The notes: generated by a model not told the origin, from the sequence alone. DNA of 64,000 nucleotides from an uncultured Ruminococcus sp. (GCA_964434325.1 CAYSUO010000003.1:7701-71700); one strand, 5' to 3'. Numbered from the stretch's first letter, positions 49,549 through 59,899 are shown. Program-made: numbers and translations.

Positions 49549-50388
49549 CTAAAATTCTATTTCCATACCGTCGTAGGCGACGATGAAGCCGTACTTGGCG
49601 GCGGCGGCGACGAGCTCGTCGTGGCACGGGACTCCGTTGTGCGAAAAGTGGTTGACGACGATGACGGTACCATCATCGACGTTGCCGAAGGAGCGCATAA
49701 GCTCGCACATTTTTTCATCGCCTATCAGGTTGAGGTGCCCCGATCTTCCGTATTTTTCATTCGATATGGTGCCGCCCGTGCAATCGATGCTGACGAGGTC
49801 GAAGTGTGGACGAGACTTTTTCAGATAGTCCAGCGTTTCATCGGGGAAAAATCCCGTATCGTTGGCATAGAGGAGGCTTTTTCCGTCCTTCTCGACGATG
49901 TAGATGACGGGGTCCGACGCGGGATCGTGGTGGGCGCGAAGCGGCGTTACGCGATAGCCCTCCACCTCGAAGGGGACGAAGGGCTCGACGCGGGAGAGGG
50001 CGACACGCCCCGCTTCGTCCAGCTTATCCGTGGCGACGCGCTCCGCCAGCTTGGCTATCACCCCGTCCGTTCCGTAGAAGGTGAGGGGCGATGAGACCTC
50101 GTGGGCTATGCCGACGCTTCTACACCAGAGCTCGGCGGTATAGAGATGATCGAAATGCGAGTGCGTTATCAGGCAGCTCTTTATCTCGGATAGCTCGATG
50201 CCTTGAACGAGAGAATGCATATAGGTGTCGCCCGAGAAATCGACGAGCAGCCTATCGTCAATGAGCGCTTGGCTTCTCGTTCTGACGTTTTTCCCGCCGA
50301 GGGCGCGGCTTCTTTTACACAGAGCACAATTGCAGAACACGGCGGGAATGCCCTCGGCGGCGGCGGTTCCCAAATATTTTATCTTCAT
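49549..50388 (-). CDS. metallo-beta-lactamase fold hydrolase (PhnP-like)
   Basis: LGTAAAEGIP..FCNC..C, THSHFDH, NHFSH, AYDGM. Confidence 0.85.
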   Translation of the reverse strand: MKIKYLGTAAAEGIPAVFCNCALCKRSRALGGKNVRTRSQALIDDRLLVDFSGDTYMHSLVQGIELSEIKSCLITHSHFDHLYTAELWCRSVGIAHEVSSPLTFYGTDGVIAKLAERVATDKLDEAGRVALSRVEPFVPFEVEGYRVTPLRAHHDPASDPVIYIVEKDGKSLLYANDTGFFPDETLDYLKKSRPHFDLVSIDCTGGTISNEKYGRSGHLNLIGDEKMCELMRSFGNVDDGTVIVVNHFSHNGVPCHDELVAAAAKYGFIVAYDGMEIEF

Positions 50389-50589
50389 CTTTCTTTCCTC
50401 TCCGCGAAACCGATGAAAGCTTTCGCTCGCAAGATACGTTAAGTATAACACAAACGATTTGAAATTTCAAGATTTTAATCAAAATAAACAAAAAACTCTT
50501 TACAAATTTCTTTTTTTATGCTAAAATGTACTTGAAAGCGTGAGCCGCAAGGGTTTAGCTGCTTTTCAAGAAGAAAGGGAGGAAGGATT

Positions 50590-51216
50590 ATGGCTAAAAA
50601 GCTGATCGTCACAATTGCGCGCCAATACGGAAGCGGCGGGCGCGAGATAGGAGAGCGCGTCGCGGAGCTTCTTGGGATTCCGCTCTATGACCACGAGCTG
50701 ATAAAGGACGCGGCGGCACAAGGAAATCTCAGCGAGGACGTGCTGACGAAGATTGACGAGTCGGCGGCGAACAGCCTTCTCTACACGCTCGCCATGGGCT
50801 CGAATATGTTGGGGACGGCGACTCAATTCGGATACAAGATGCCGATAAACGACAAGCTCTTTATCCTTCAATCGGACGTTATAAAAAAATACGCGAAGAG
50901 CGGGAGCTGCGTCATCATTGGGCGCTGTGCCGACTACGTTTTGAAGGGGGAGCCCAATCTTTTGCGCATTTTCATATATGGAGATATTGACCACAGGCAG
51001 GCGCGCATAAGAGAGAGACACCCCGAGATAAAGCCCGCACAGGTCATCGACGTTATCAACAAGACTGACAAGCGCCGCGCCTCGTACTACAATTTCTATA
51101 CGGGGAACAAGTGGGGCAAATATGACAACTACGACGTTGCCATCAACTCCTCGACGCTCGGGATAGAGGGTGCGGCGGCGATGATAGCGGCTTCGGCGAA
51201 AAAGCTTATGGAGTGA
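50590..51216 (+). CDS. cytidylate kinase-like family protein
   Basis: TIARQYGSGG, VIIGRCAD, DKRRASYY...W...YD motifs; GGAGG RBS. Confidence 0.88.
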   Translation: MAKKLIVTIARQYGSGGREIGERVAELLGIPLYDHELIKDAAAQGNLSEDVLTKIDESAANSLLYTLAMGSNMLGTATQFGYKMPINDKLFILQSDVIKKYAKSGSCVIIGRCADYVLKGEPNLLRIFIYGDIDHRQARIRERHPEIKPAQVIDVINKTDKRRASYYNFYTGNKWGKYDNYDVAINSSTLGIEGAAAMIAASAKKLME

Positions 51217-51530
51217 GTCCTTCACGCATATAGTTAGCATTTTCGGCTTGGCGGTCGAAGCTTACGCGATTGTACTTTCAGTTAAAGGCTTATGGAGCGA
51301 GTCTTTCGCGTATAATTCGCATGCTTCGACTTACGGCTCTAAGCTATGTGCGATACGCCTTTGGCAAAGCTTATAGAACGAGCCCTTCGCATATAGTTCG
51401 CAAGCTTCGGCTTGCGGCTCTAAGCTATGTGCGATACGGCTTTGGCAAAGCTTATAGAACGAGCCCTTCGCGTATAGTTCGCAAGCTTCGGCTTAGAGGT
51501 CGAAGCTATGTGCGATACGGCTTGGAATGA
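51201..51530 (+). repeat. 81-bp tandem repeat, about 4 copies, starting within the end of the upstream gene
   Basis: unit starts at 51215 (degenerate), 51299, 51380, 51461. Confidence 0.85.
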
Positions 51531-51574
51531 GCTAAAACCGAAGCTTCTCAAATTACGTGTAGTGATTTTATATG

Positions 51575-51615
51575 AATACGGTGGAGCTTTGCCTTTGGCA
51601 AAGCTCCACCGTATT
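51575..51615. terminator. hairpin terminator between convergent genes
   Basis: AATACGGTGGAGCTTTGCC-ttt-GGCAAAGCTCCACCGTATT. Confidence 0.75.
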
Positions 51616-51616
51616 T

Positions 51617-51870
51617 TAGTTTTTTGATTTTTGTTTTAGTTTTGACTTTTTGGTTTAATTTTAGCTTTTTTTGGTTTAATTTTGGCTTTTTAATTTAATT
51701 TTAGCTTTTTGGTTTAATTTTGGCTTTTTAATTTAATTTTAGCTTTTTGGTTTAGCTTTGGCTTTTTGATTTAATTTTAGCTTCTTGGTTTAGTTTTTGG
51801 TTTCAGTTTTTGGGTTTAGTTTTCTGATTTCGTTTTTTAATTTTGGGTTTCAAGGTTTGGTTTAGCTTTA
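51617..51870. repeat. T-rich low-complexity tandem repeat (~18-bp units)
   Basis: TTTAATTTTRGCTTTTTRR iterated. Confidence 0.8.
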
Positions 51871-51946
51871 AAAGATACTATTCGACGCAATTGGATACCA
51901 AGAAATATCTATTTGCTTTTTAGCATTTATTCGCCGATACCTTTTA

Positions 51947-53266
51947 TCACACGTCGAGAGCGGTCAAATCATCCAAGCTCTCGCGCCTGACCGCGAGATA
52001 CGAGCTTCCCTTGGAGAGCATAACGACGGCGGGGCGTGGAAGCCGATTATAATTTGATGCCATAGAATAGTGATAAGCGCCCGTTGTCAGGCACGCCAAG
52101 AGATCGCCGCGCTTCACGCTTTCGGGCAGGGGGACATTCTCCTGCAAGATATCGCCACTCTCGCAACACCTGCCGACGACGGAGCAAGGCTCCAAGGCGG
52201 CGGGAGACTCGATGACGGGAAGAATGGTGTACGGTGCGCCGTAGAGGGCGAAGCGAGGATTATCGCTCATTCCGCCGTCCACGGAAACGTAGGTCTTATA
52301 GCCCGTTATGCGCTTCACCGTTCCGACGGTGTAGAGCGTTAGACCAGAGTCGGCGACGATACTTCTGCCAGGCTCGACGGATATGCGCGGGAGCGGAATA
52401 CCGAGCTCGGCGGCGCGGCGCTTCATAGACTCGGAAAGCTCCGCGAACACTGCGAAAACGTCCAGCATCGGTTGAGCTTCGACGTAGCGCACACCGAGCC
52501 CGCCGCCGAGGTCCAGCTCAGCTGCGAGGTATCCCGTTTTAAAATAGACGTCCGCGATGAATTTCAGCATAACGTCCGACGTGAGGCGATAGACGCTCGA
52601 ATCGAATATCTGCGAGCCGACATGGCAATGGAAGCCGACGAGGGCGAGGTGCGGAAGCGAGAGCGCGACGCGCGTTATGTCCTCCGCCTGCCCCGTTTCT
52701 ATCGCGGAGCCGAATTTGGAATCGACGCGCCCCGTGGCGACGGCGGAATAGGTATGAGGGTCAACGCCTGGGGTTATGCGGAGAAGGACGCGCTGCCTTA
52801 TTCCGCGCTCCGCCGCCGCACGTTCGATGGCGTGAAGCTCCTCGACGTTATCGACGACGAAGGCGCCTATCTCGCGCTCCATGGCGTAGGCGATATCGGC
52901 GTCGGTTTTATTGTTGGAGTGAAAATAGGCGCGGGAGAGCGGGAAGCCCGCAAGCTCCGCGGTACGTATCTCGCCGCACGAGACCACGTCGATACCCAGC
53001 CCCTCTTCTCCGACTATCTCGTAGAGGCGGCGAAACGATGCCGCCTTTGAGGCGTAAAACACCTTGGCGTCCGCGCCGAAGGCACTTTCCATCGCTTCGC
53101 GATAGGTGCGGCAACGCTCGCGGATACGCTCTTCATCGTAGAGGTAGAGCGGAGTTCCGTAGCGGGCGGCTAAGGGAGAGAGCGGCACGCCGCCGAGGCA
53201 GAGCTCGCCCGAGGCGGTGCGAGAGAGATTTTCACATATCAGCCCACGCTGTTTTAAGCTTATCAT
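51947..53266 (-). CDS. lysA: diaminopimelate decarboxylase
   Basis: YGTPLY, YASKA PLP lysine, SKFG, HCHVGSQI, EPGRSIV, CESGD, GAY..SM.SNYN. Confidence 0.95.
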   Translation of the reverse strand: MISLKQRGLICENLSRTASGELCLGGVPLSPLAARYGTPLYLYDEERIRERCRTYREAMESAFGADAKVFYASKAASFRRLYEIVGEEGLGIDVVSCGEIRTAELAGFPLSRAYFHSNNKTDADIAYAMEREIGAFVVDNVEELHAIERAAAERGIRQRVLLRITPGVDPHTYSAVATGRVDSKFGSAIETGQAEDITRVALSLPHLALVGFHCHVGSQIFDSSVYRLTSDVMLKFIADVYFKTGYLAAELDLGGGLGVRYVEAQPMLDVFAVFAELSESMKRRAAELGIPLPRISVEPGRSIVADSGLTLYTVGTVKRITGYKTYVSVDGGMSDNPRFALYGAPYTILPVIESPAALEPCSVVGRCCESGDILQENVPLPESVKRGDLLACLTTGAYHYSMASNYNRLPRPAVVMLSKGSSYLAVRRESLDDLTALDV

Positions 53267-53307
53267 AGCTTCTCCTTGTTGCTTTTCTAAACCTTCCATA
53301 TTGAGCA

Positions 53308-54285
53308 TTAGAGCAGCTTCGCGCGAAGCTCCTCGGGAGAGAGCGGAGAGAGCTCTGAGGGGCATACATCAAACAACGTTTTACAGCCGCGCTCACCGCG
53401 CTTCGATTTTTTATACACGGCGCGTGCACAAGCGAGAAGCATGCTCCCCGTGAACTCGGGGTTTGAGCCGAGGGTGAGGCTGAATTCGACGGTGTTCTTG
53501 GTTTCGCCGTTAAGCCCCGTTACGCCGTTTCTTATCACCGTTCCGCCGTGCGGCATACCGCTGTGCTTTTCGCGAAGCTCCTCGATGGAGATGAAATGCA
53601 CGGTGGTCTCATAGTCGGCAAAATAGTTCGGCATCGTTTTAATCTTGTTTTCAATGGTGGCGAGGTCTGCCCCCTCCGCCGCGACGACGTAGCATTCGCG
53701 CTTATGCTTTTGCGCCGTCGTGAGGCTCGGGGTTGCGCCTCCGCGAACGGCGGCTAACGCTTCCTCGACGGGGACTGTGTATTGGCGGGCGTCCACCACG
53801 CCGTCAATACGGCGAATGGCGTCTGAATGCCCCTGACTTATGCCGCGCCCCCAGAAGGTGTAGCTTTCTCCGTTCGGCAGGGCGGCGGAGGCGTAGAGGC
53901 GCGCGAGCGAAAAGAGCCCAGGATCCCAGCCCGCCGAAATGAGGGCGACGGTGCCGTTCGCCTCGGCGGCGGCGTTGACGCGCGCGAAGTGCTCGGGGAT
54001 CGCCGCGTGGGTATCGAAGCTATCGACGACGTTGAAGCTCGCGGCGAGGGCGGGAGTCATCGCGGGGAGGTCGGTGGCGCTTCCGCCACACAGAACGAGG
54101 ACGTCGATCTCGTCTTTGTATTCAAGGACGCGCTCCGCCGCGACGACGGGCGCCCCCGTTAAGGTCTGCACCTGCCTGGGCTCACGCCTTGTGAAAACGG
54201 CGACGAGCTCGGCATCGGGCGCGGCGCTTATTGCCGCCTCAACTCCGCGGCCGAGATTTCCGTAACCGTAAATAGCTATCTTCAT
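53308..54285 (-). CDS. ddh: meso-diaminopimelate D-dehydrogenase
   Basis: GYGNLGRG, CGGSATDL, GWDPG, TFWGRGISQGHSDA, HGG, SNPEFT. Confidence 0.95.
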   Translation of the reverse strand: MKIAIYGYGNLGRGVEAAISAAPDAELVAVFTRREPRQVQTLTGAPVVAAERVLEYKDEIDVLVLCGGSATDLPAMTPALAASFNVVDSFDTHAAIPEHFARVNAAAEANGTVALISAGWDPGLFSLARLYASAALPNGESYTFWGRGISQGHSDAIRRIDGVVDARQYTVPVEEALAAVRGGATPSLTTAQKHKRECYVVAAEGADLATIENKIKTMPNYFADYETTVHFISIEELREKHSGMPHGGTVIRNGVTGLNGETKNTVEFSLTLGSNPEFTGSMLLACARAVYKKSKRGERGCKTLFDVCPSELSPLSPEELRAKLL

Positions 54286-54427
54286 ATTATCACCTTCCGC
54301 CACAATGCGGCACATTTGAAAATTTCGATGTGTTCGCTTGCGAACGCATTAAATCTTTTGCCCTAAACAAGCTTCGCGCTTCTTACCGCGCGAGGGCTCG
54401 TTAAAAATTCAGCTAAAAAGAGACGAG

Positions 54428-55213
54428 CTACGGCTCGCTGACTGCGGGAACGCGCGGCTCCCCTTCGGCAACGAGGCTCTTCATATCGTAGAGCCCCGCC
54501 CCCTTATCGACGATGAATGCCGCCGCCGCGAGCGCGCCCTCGGCGAAGAGGCTCCTGCTATGCGCCTCGTGCTTCAAGCTTATCGTTTGATTTTGGCTTG
54601 CAACGATGACCTCGTGCTCTCCCACGACGTTGCCGAGGCGCACCGCGTGAATCCCTATCTCGTCACGCGAGCGCTTCCCCTGCCCTGCTCTGCCCGTTTT
54701 GGCAAAGGAGCTCGGGCGCACCTCGGCGATGGCGTCGGCTATCATGAGCGCCGTTCCACTCGGTGCGTCCAGCTTCCTGTTGTGGTGCTTTTCTATTATC
54801 TCAATATCGGCTTCGGGCATTGCCGCCGCCGCCTTTTTCGCCAGCTCGACGAGGAGGGCGACGCCGAGCGACATATTGTAGGAAAAGAAAACGGGGATTT
54901 CGCGAGCCGCGGCGCGCACGGCGGCGAGCTCACTTTCGGTGTGCCCCGTTGTTGCGACGACGACGGGGAGCGAATTGCTCTTGCAAAATTCAAGCAGCTC
55001 CTCGGTGGACGAATGGTGCGAAAAATCGACGACGCAATCGACGGCGCCGACGTTCACCACGTCGGAGAGCTTGGAAAAGACGGGAAGCGCCTCGGCGCCA
55101 CTCACGGAGGGATCAACCCCGACGACGAGCTCCGCGCCGCGATAGCCATCGTGGCACAGCCTTTCGACCTCGCGCCCCATTCTGCCGCAAATTCCGTTCA
55201 AAAGAATATTCAT
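54428..55213 (-). CDS. dapB: 4-hydroxy-tetrahydrodipicolinate reductase
   Basis: GICGRMG, DFS, ATTG, EKHHNRKLDAPSGTA. Confidence 0.95.
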   Translation of the reverse strand: MNILLNGICGRMGREVERLCHDGYRGAELVVGVDPSVSGAEALPVFSKLSDVVNVGAVDCVVDFSHHSSTEELLEFCKSNSLPVVVATTGHTESELAAVRAAAREIPVFFSYNMSLGVALLVELAKKAAAAMPEADIEIIEKHHNRKLDAPSGTALMIADAIAEVRPSSFAKTGRAGQGKRSRDEIGIHAVRLGNVVGEHEVIVASQNQTISLKHEAHSRSLFAEGALAAAAFIVDKGAGLYDMKSLVAEGEPRVPAVSEP

Positions 55214-55307
55214 TTAAATTTTAAATCTCCTTTCACCGCCGCAGCGGCACGCGTCGTGAACAGTGCTCTCGCATAGTAGCCAAATTCACGCCTTGCGCTT
55301 GTCGCGC

Positions 55308-56192
55308 TTAAATGAGGCGCCTCTCGCGCATCAGCTGTAAGAGCACGGCTTCCTTTTCCTTATCCATCGGCGTTAGGGGCAGGCGCAAATAGTTTTCGCA
55401 ATAGCCCATCGCCGCCATCGCCGCCTTGACGGGAATGGGGTTAACTTCGGAGAATAGCGCGTTCACAAGCGGGAGCAGGTCCAGCTGGAGCCTTCGCGCC
55501 GCCGCAACGCTTCCGCTCATGAAGAGCTTGCATATATCCGAGGTGGCACGCGGCATAAGGTTGGAGAGGACGGAGATGACGCCCTTGCCGCCGAGAGAAA
55601 GAATGGGGACGATCTGATCGTCGTTACCCGAATATATATCAAGCCCGTCTCCAACGAGAGCCGCAAGCTCGGCGATCTGCGATATGTTGCCCGACGCTTC
55701 CTTGATGGCGACGATATTGGGATGCTCCGACAGGGCGAGCGCCGTTGCGGGGAGGATATTGCACCCCGTTCTGCTCGGAACGTTATAGAGGATACAGGGG
55801 ATATCCGCCGCGTCGGCAATCGCCGTGAAGGAAGCGACGAGCCCCTTCTGCGTTGCCTTATTATAGTAGGGGGTTACGAGGAGAGCGGCATCCGCACCCG
55901 CGTCCTTCGCGAATTTAGTCATTTCAACCGCGTAGGCGGTATCATTCGAGCCCGTTCCCGCGATGACGGGGACGCGCCCGCCGACGCGCTCAACGCAAAA
56001 GCTTATCGCTTCCCTATGCTCCTTATCGCTAAGGGTTGAGCCCTCGCCCGTCGTTCCGACGGCGACTATCGCGTCTATCCCCTCCTCTATCTGCCAATCT
56101 ATCAGGGCGCCGAAGCGCTCGTAGTCCACTCCCTCTCGCGTGAGGGGGGTTATAATGGCGGTGGCGGCGCCTGTAAAGACCGTTTTTTTCAT
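55308..56192 (-). CDS. dapA: 4-hydroxy-tetrahydrodipicolinate synthase
   Basis: GTTGE, PYYNK, YNVPSRT, IKEASG, SGND, NPIPVK. Confidence 0.96.
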   Translation of the reverse strand: MKKTVFTGAATAIITPLTREGVDYERFGALIDWQIEEGIDAIVAVGTTGEGSTLSDKEHREAISFCVERVGGRVPVIAGTGSNDTAYAVEMTKFAKDAGADAALLVTPYYNKATQKGLVASFTAIADAADIPCILYNVPSRTGCNILPATALALSEHPNIVAIKEASGNISQIAELAALVGDGLDIYSGNDDQIVPILSLGGKGVISVLSNLMPRATSDICKLFMSGSVAAARRLQLDLLPLVNALFSEVNPIPVKAAMAAMGYCENYLRLPLTPMDKEKEAVLLQLMRERRLI

Positions 56193-56261
56193 TTGCATTG
56201 CTCCATTCCGCCGCAAAGCGGCACAATATTGAGAGCGCGAACGACGCGCGAGGCTAAAACC

Positions 56262-56293
56262 AAAAAGAGACAGCCGCACGGCGGCTATCTCTC
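56262..56293 (-). terminator. expression-platform terminator of the lysine riboswitch
   Basis: AGAGATAGCCGC-cgt-GCGGCTGTCTCT followed by TTT on the minus strand. Confidence 0.75.
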
Positions 56294-56308
56294 GTCAGCT
56301 GGCGCATA

Positions 56309-56459
56309 AGATAGCACTCCGCAAAATGCGACAGCAGGGCGGATATTCTCCGAACTGCCAGCGGGCGCTTTCCACGGCGCCTACTTCGGCACCCTCGCCT
56401 TTCGCGCACGGTCTTGGGACCTTCAGCGTGCGTTACTCTTTTCGGGTGCGCCTCTATCT
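56309..56459 (-). ncRNA. lysine riboswitch (L-box)
   Basis: AGATAGAGGCGC...AGAGTA...GAAAGG...GCCGAA...CTGTCGCATTTTGCGGAGTGCTATCT; P1 pairing; upstream of the dap/lys operon. Confidence 0.92.
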
Positions 56460-56480
56460 GCTCTGAAATTCAGATAATTT

Positions 56481-56509
56481 ATTTTAGCATATATACTTAC
56501 GCTTGTCAA
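56481..56509 (-). promoter_or_regulatory. sigmaA promoter of the lysine operon
   Basis: TTGACA-17 bp-TAAAAT with TG extension. Confidence 0.75.
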
Positions 56510-56575
56510 GTGCTTTTGTGATATTACCGCGCTTTTTGGAAGCCTTCGCCCCATCACGCGGCATATCGACTGCGC

Positions 56576-57328
56576 TTAAAGATACTTCTTTTTGGTGCCC
56601 TCGGAGAGAAGCGCCGCCGACTCGGAATCGAGGTAGAGCGTCCACGCGGGGTTATTGAATAGATAGGTGGCGGGGACTTCAGGCTTCATCTCGGAGGTCA
56701 GCGCCTTGGAGACGGCTTCTGCCTTGACGGAATAGGGGACGACGGAGACGATGGAGCGGCATTTGATTATCTGGCGGCACGTCATCGTGATGGCTTGCTT
56801 GTACGTTTCATCGACGGAGGCAAACCAACCCTCGCCCACCTGCTGCATGAGGCAACGCTCATCGAGGGTGACGACCTTGTAGGCGGCGTCGGTCTCGAAA
56901 TCGGCGGGCGGATCGTTGAAGGCGATGTGGGCGTTTTCACCGATACCGATGACGCCGACGTCGATGGGCGACTCGGCGAGGAGCGCCGTCAGCTCGGCTA
57001 TCGTTTCCTCGGCGGGGCGTGTGCCGTCCATAAGATGCGCATCGGCGAGGTGCACCTTGGAGACGAAGCGATCAATGAGGTAGCGCTTAAAGCTTGCGGG
57101 GTGGCTATCGCTTATTCCAAGGTACTCGTCCAGATGGAACATTTCAACGCGGCTCCAATCGACGCTCTGCTCCACGAGCGCTTCAAAAAAGAGGAATTGC
57201 GACGCACCCGTTGAAAGCAGGATACGCGCCGAGCCACGCTCCGCTATTGCGTCATTCAAGAGGGAGGCAACTTGAATTGCGGCTTGGCGGCTCATTTCCG
57301 CCGCCGTTTGTTTGATCACGAGCTTCAT
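56576..57328 (-). CDS. glucosamine/galactosamine-6-phosphate deaminase-like protein (divergent NagB family)
   Basis: LSTGASQ, FHLDEY, GIGENAHIAFNDPP. Confidence 0.82.
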   Translation of the reverse strand: MKLVIKQTAAEMSRQAAIQVASLLNDAIAERGSARILLSTGASQFLFFEALVEQSVDWSRVEMFHLDEYLGISDSHPASFKRYLIDRFVSKVHLADAHLMDGTRPAEETIAELTALLAESPIDVGVIGIGENAHIAFNDPPADFETDAAYKVVTLDERCLMQQVGEGWFASVDETYKQAITMTCRQIIKCRSIVSVVPYSVKAEAVSKALTSEMKPEVPATYLFNNPAWTLYLDSESAALLSEGTKKKYL

Positions 57329-57430
57329 AATAGATCTCCTATCATTTTAAATTCGTTTTTATTGTTTATTACATTATATCTCTTTATCGTTTACTGCATT
57401 ATTCTCGCTACGAGGCGCATTGCTTTAAAG

Positions 57431-58597
57431 CTACTTGGCGATTGCTCTGCCGCCGTGGAACACTTCTTTGACACCGAGCGAGCTATCAAGGAGAAGAAGG
57501 TCGGCGCGCTTTCCCACCGCCACCTCGCCGCGATCCTCCCAGCCCATTATCTGCGCGGGCACGAGGGACGACATACGGGATAGGGCGACGAGGTCAGCGC
57601 CTATCGCCTTCGCCATCGTTTTATAGAGTCTATCCGCCGTCGCCGTGCTACCCGCGAAGGCCTGCCTATCGGGGAGCTTCGCGACTCCGTCCTCCACGAT
57701 GACGGGGAGCCCGTTTTTCAGGCTACCTATCACGGTCTTTTCGCCGTCCTTCATACCCGCCGCGCGAATGGCGTCGGTTATGAGGCAGATCCTATCGCGC
57801 CCCTTGCATTTATAGATGAGGCGAAGCAGGGGGAGCGGCAGATGGCAGCCGTCCGCGATGACCTCGACGAAAACGTCGTCAAACAAGAGTCCCGCCTCGA
57901 CGGCACCTGCGACGCGGAAGGCGTTCCTACGCGTTACGCCCTTCATTCCCGAATAGAGGTGCGTCATCAGCTTATAGCCGCCGTCCTTGGCGGCGGCGAT
58001 ACAGTCGAAGTCGGCGTCCGTGTGCGCGGCGGAAACGACGATGCCGAGCTCCTTTGCCGCCGCCGCGAAGGCGAAGCCCTCATCGAGCTCGGGAGCGGCG
58101 GAGACGCGAAGGACGAAGGGATAGGCGGCTTTTATACGCCGCACCTCGTCCGCCGTCGGCGCTTTCATATAGGCGACGTTTTGCGCGCCGCACTGCAACG
58201 GGTTGAGCCAGGGGCCTTCAAGATGAACGCCCGCGAGCGTTCCTGTCGGGTATTTTCCCTTGTAGCGCGCGAAGGTCTGCAAGGCGCCCTCGGTCTCCTC
58301 GGGGCTTGCGGCGAGGGTGGTTGCGAGCATGGTCGTCGTTCCGTGGGAGAGATGAAAATCCGCTATGGCGGAAAAACCCGCCTCGTCGGCATCCATAAAT
58401 TCAAGCCCACCGCCGCCGTGGCAATGGAGGTCGATAAACCCTGGGACAAGGTAGGAGCCCGCGGCGTCAACGATACTGTCTGCACGCTGGGGCTCGCGCC
58501 CGACGTAGCTTATGGCGCCGCCCTCGAAGGCACAGCACCCGTTCTCGATGACGGAGCTCGCCGTTACTATTTTCGCGTTTACTATGGCTGTTTTCAT
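57431..58597 (-). CDS. nagA: N-acetylglucosamine-6-phosphate deacetylase
   Basis: PGFIDLHCHG, HLEGP, AHT, THLY, IADGCH, LITDA, AGS. Confidence 0.9.
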   Translation of the reverse strand: MKTAIVNAKIVTASSVIENGCCAFEGGAISYVGREPQRADSIVDAAGSYLVPGFIDLHCHGGGGLEFMDADEAGFSAIADFHLSHGTTTMLATTLAASPEETEGALQTFARYKGKYPTGTLAGVHLEGPWLNPLQCGAQNVAYMKAPTADEVRRIKAAYPFVLRVSAAPELDEGFAFAAAAKELGIVVSAAHTDADFDCIAAAKDGGYKLMTHLYSGMKGVTRRNAFRVAGAVEAGLLFDDVFVEVIADGCHLPLPLLRLIYKCKGRDRICLITDAIRAAGMKDGEKTVIGSLKNGLPVIVEDGVAKLPDRQAFAGSTATADRLYKTMAKAIGADLVALSRMSSLVPAQIMGWEDRGEVAVGKRADLLLLDSSLGVKEVFHGGRAIAK

Positions 58598-58658
58598 ATT
58601 GTTTTCCATTCTACATTCTACGCCTCTTGCGCCCGCATTGAAGGCAAGCGAGCAGATT

Positions 58659-59363
58659 TTAAAGCTGTGAGACGCTATCGGTGCTCTCCTCGGAGCAATC
58701 GATGAAGCGCCATTCGATGAAGCGGTTTTGCATCCAGTCGTCGGGGGCGAGTTCGTCGGCAAGCTCGCCGATGCGAGTTTTCGGAGGGCTCCCGCGATGG
58801 CGGGCAGACCAGCGAAAGATGGCGACGCCCGTCATAGAAAGATTGACTGCCATGAAGGCGGTGAGAAGCAGACAGATGACGTGGCAAAGCTTACCGCGAA
58901 GCTTGGAAAGCGCTCTGTCTAAGTAGGGATACAGGAGGCAAAAGGCGAAGGCGGCAACCCACCAGCCGAGGGAAAAGGCGAGGCAGATGATACCGTCAAA
59001 ATTCAAGAAGCTATTGGAATAGTCCCACGCTATGACGCCGAGCCCGTGCTTCAAGAAGAGGCCACAGAGAAGCTCGAGGACGGTGGCGACGAGCCCCAAG
59101 ATGAAGGAGCGCGACAGGAGATTGCCGCGCCGAAGGAGCGCCGCGCCGCAAAAGAAGAGCGCCGCGCCTGAGCCGTAGAGAATATTGAAATGCCCGATGA
59201 CGGAGACGACGTGCGTTTCCCAGTGCCCTTTGGCGATGGCGCAAAAGGTACCCTCGATGACGACGCCCAAGAGATTGCCTATCATAAAGAGCCAAAAGAC
59301 CTTATCGTAGGTGAGGGGGCTCTTGGCTTCAAGGGAAGCTGATGTCTTGCGAGTTTTTCCCAT
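58659..59363 (-). CDS. putative ABC transporter permease-like membrane protein (DUF1113/CmpB-like)
   Basis: LGVVIE, LYGSG, LEL, AWDYS, GIICL motifs; AAGGAG RBS. Confidence 0.75.
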   Translation of the reverse strand: MGKTRKTSASLEAKSPLTYDKVFWLFMIGNLLGVVIEGTFCAIAKGHWETHVVSVIGHFNILYGSGAALFFCGAALLRRGNLLSRSFILGLVATVLELLCGLFLKHGLGVIAWDYSNSFLNFDGIICLAFSLGWWVAAFAFCLLYPYLDRALSKLRGKLCHVICLLLTAFMAVNLSMTGVAIFRWSARHRGSPPKTRIGELADELAPDDWMQNRFIEWRFIDCSEESTDSVSQL

Positions 59364-59674
59364 CGCTCTCTCCTTTCCATTCAGCGCACGAGGCGACAAA
59401 TTCCGATTTTCTTCGATTATACATTATTGCGCGATAAAAGTCAAGCGCAAATTGCAACAAACGGAAATTAACGGAAATTAAAAGGACTACGCGCCGACGA
59501 AAAGACGCGGAGCGAAAGCCCGAATTTCGTTCGCGGCTAACAGAAAGACGTTCGGTCAGCGCAAATTCGCCATCAAGAGAGAAACGGGCAAGCTCGAAGT
59601 GTTCAAGCTTGCGCTCGACGAAGAATTTATTGGGGCGCTACGCTTTCGCGCAACGCCCCTGCCGTTTTATTACT

Positions 59675-59899
59675 TTATTGCAAGAAGAGCTTCTTGAAAA
59701 GCAAGACCCAGACGAGGTCGAGCCAACCGAATGCGATACCCGAAGGAATGGTTACGAGTATGCAGATGATGAGGCGAAGAAGCCCGCCCTTTTTGAGCCA
59801 GGTAGACCACCTGACATAGATCTCCGTTATCCAGTTGACCACGGGAATGAGGAGCAAGAGGATTTGAACCAAACGGCTTTGCTTATTAAACCAAGTCAC
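59675..59899 (-). CDS. small membrane protein
   Basis: AAAGGAGG RBS before GTG; 74 aa, Trp-rich with hydrophobic segments. Confidence 0.7.
   Translation of the reverse strand: MTWFNKQSRLVQILLLLIPVVNWITEIYVRWSTWLKKGGLLRLIICILVTIPSGIAFGWLDLVWVLLFKKLFLQ

Noticed and set aside
51201-51530. Possible CRISPR array (also considered 61488..61625 and 15848..16070)
   Set aside because: Whole units repeat with no unique spacers, and no cas genes are present in the window
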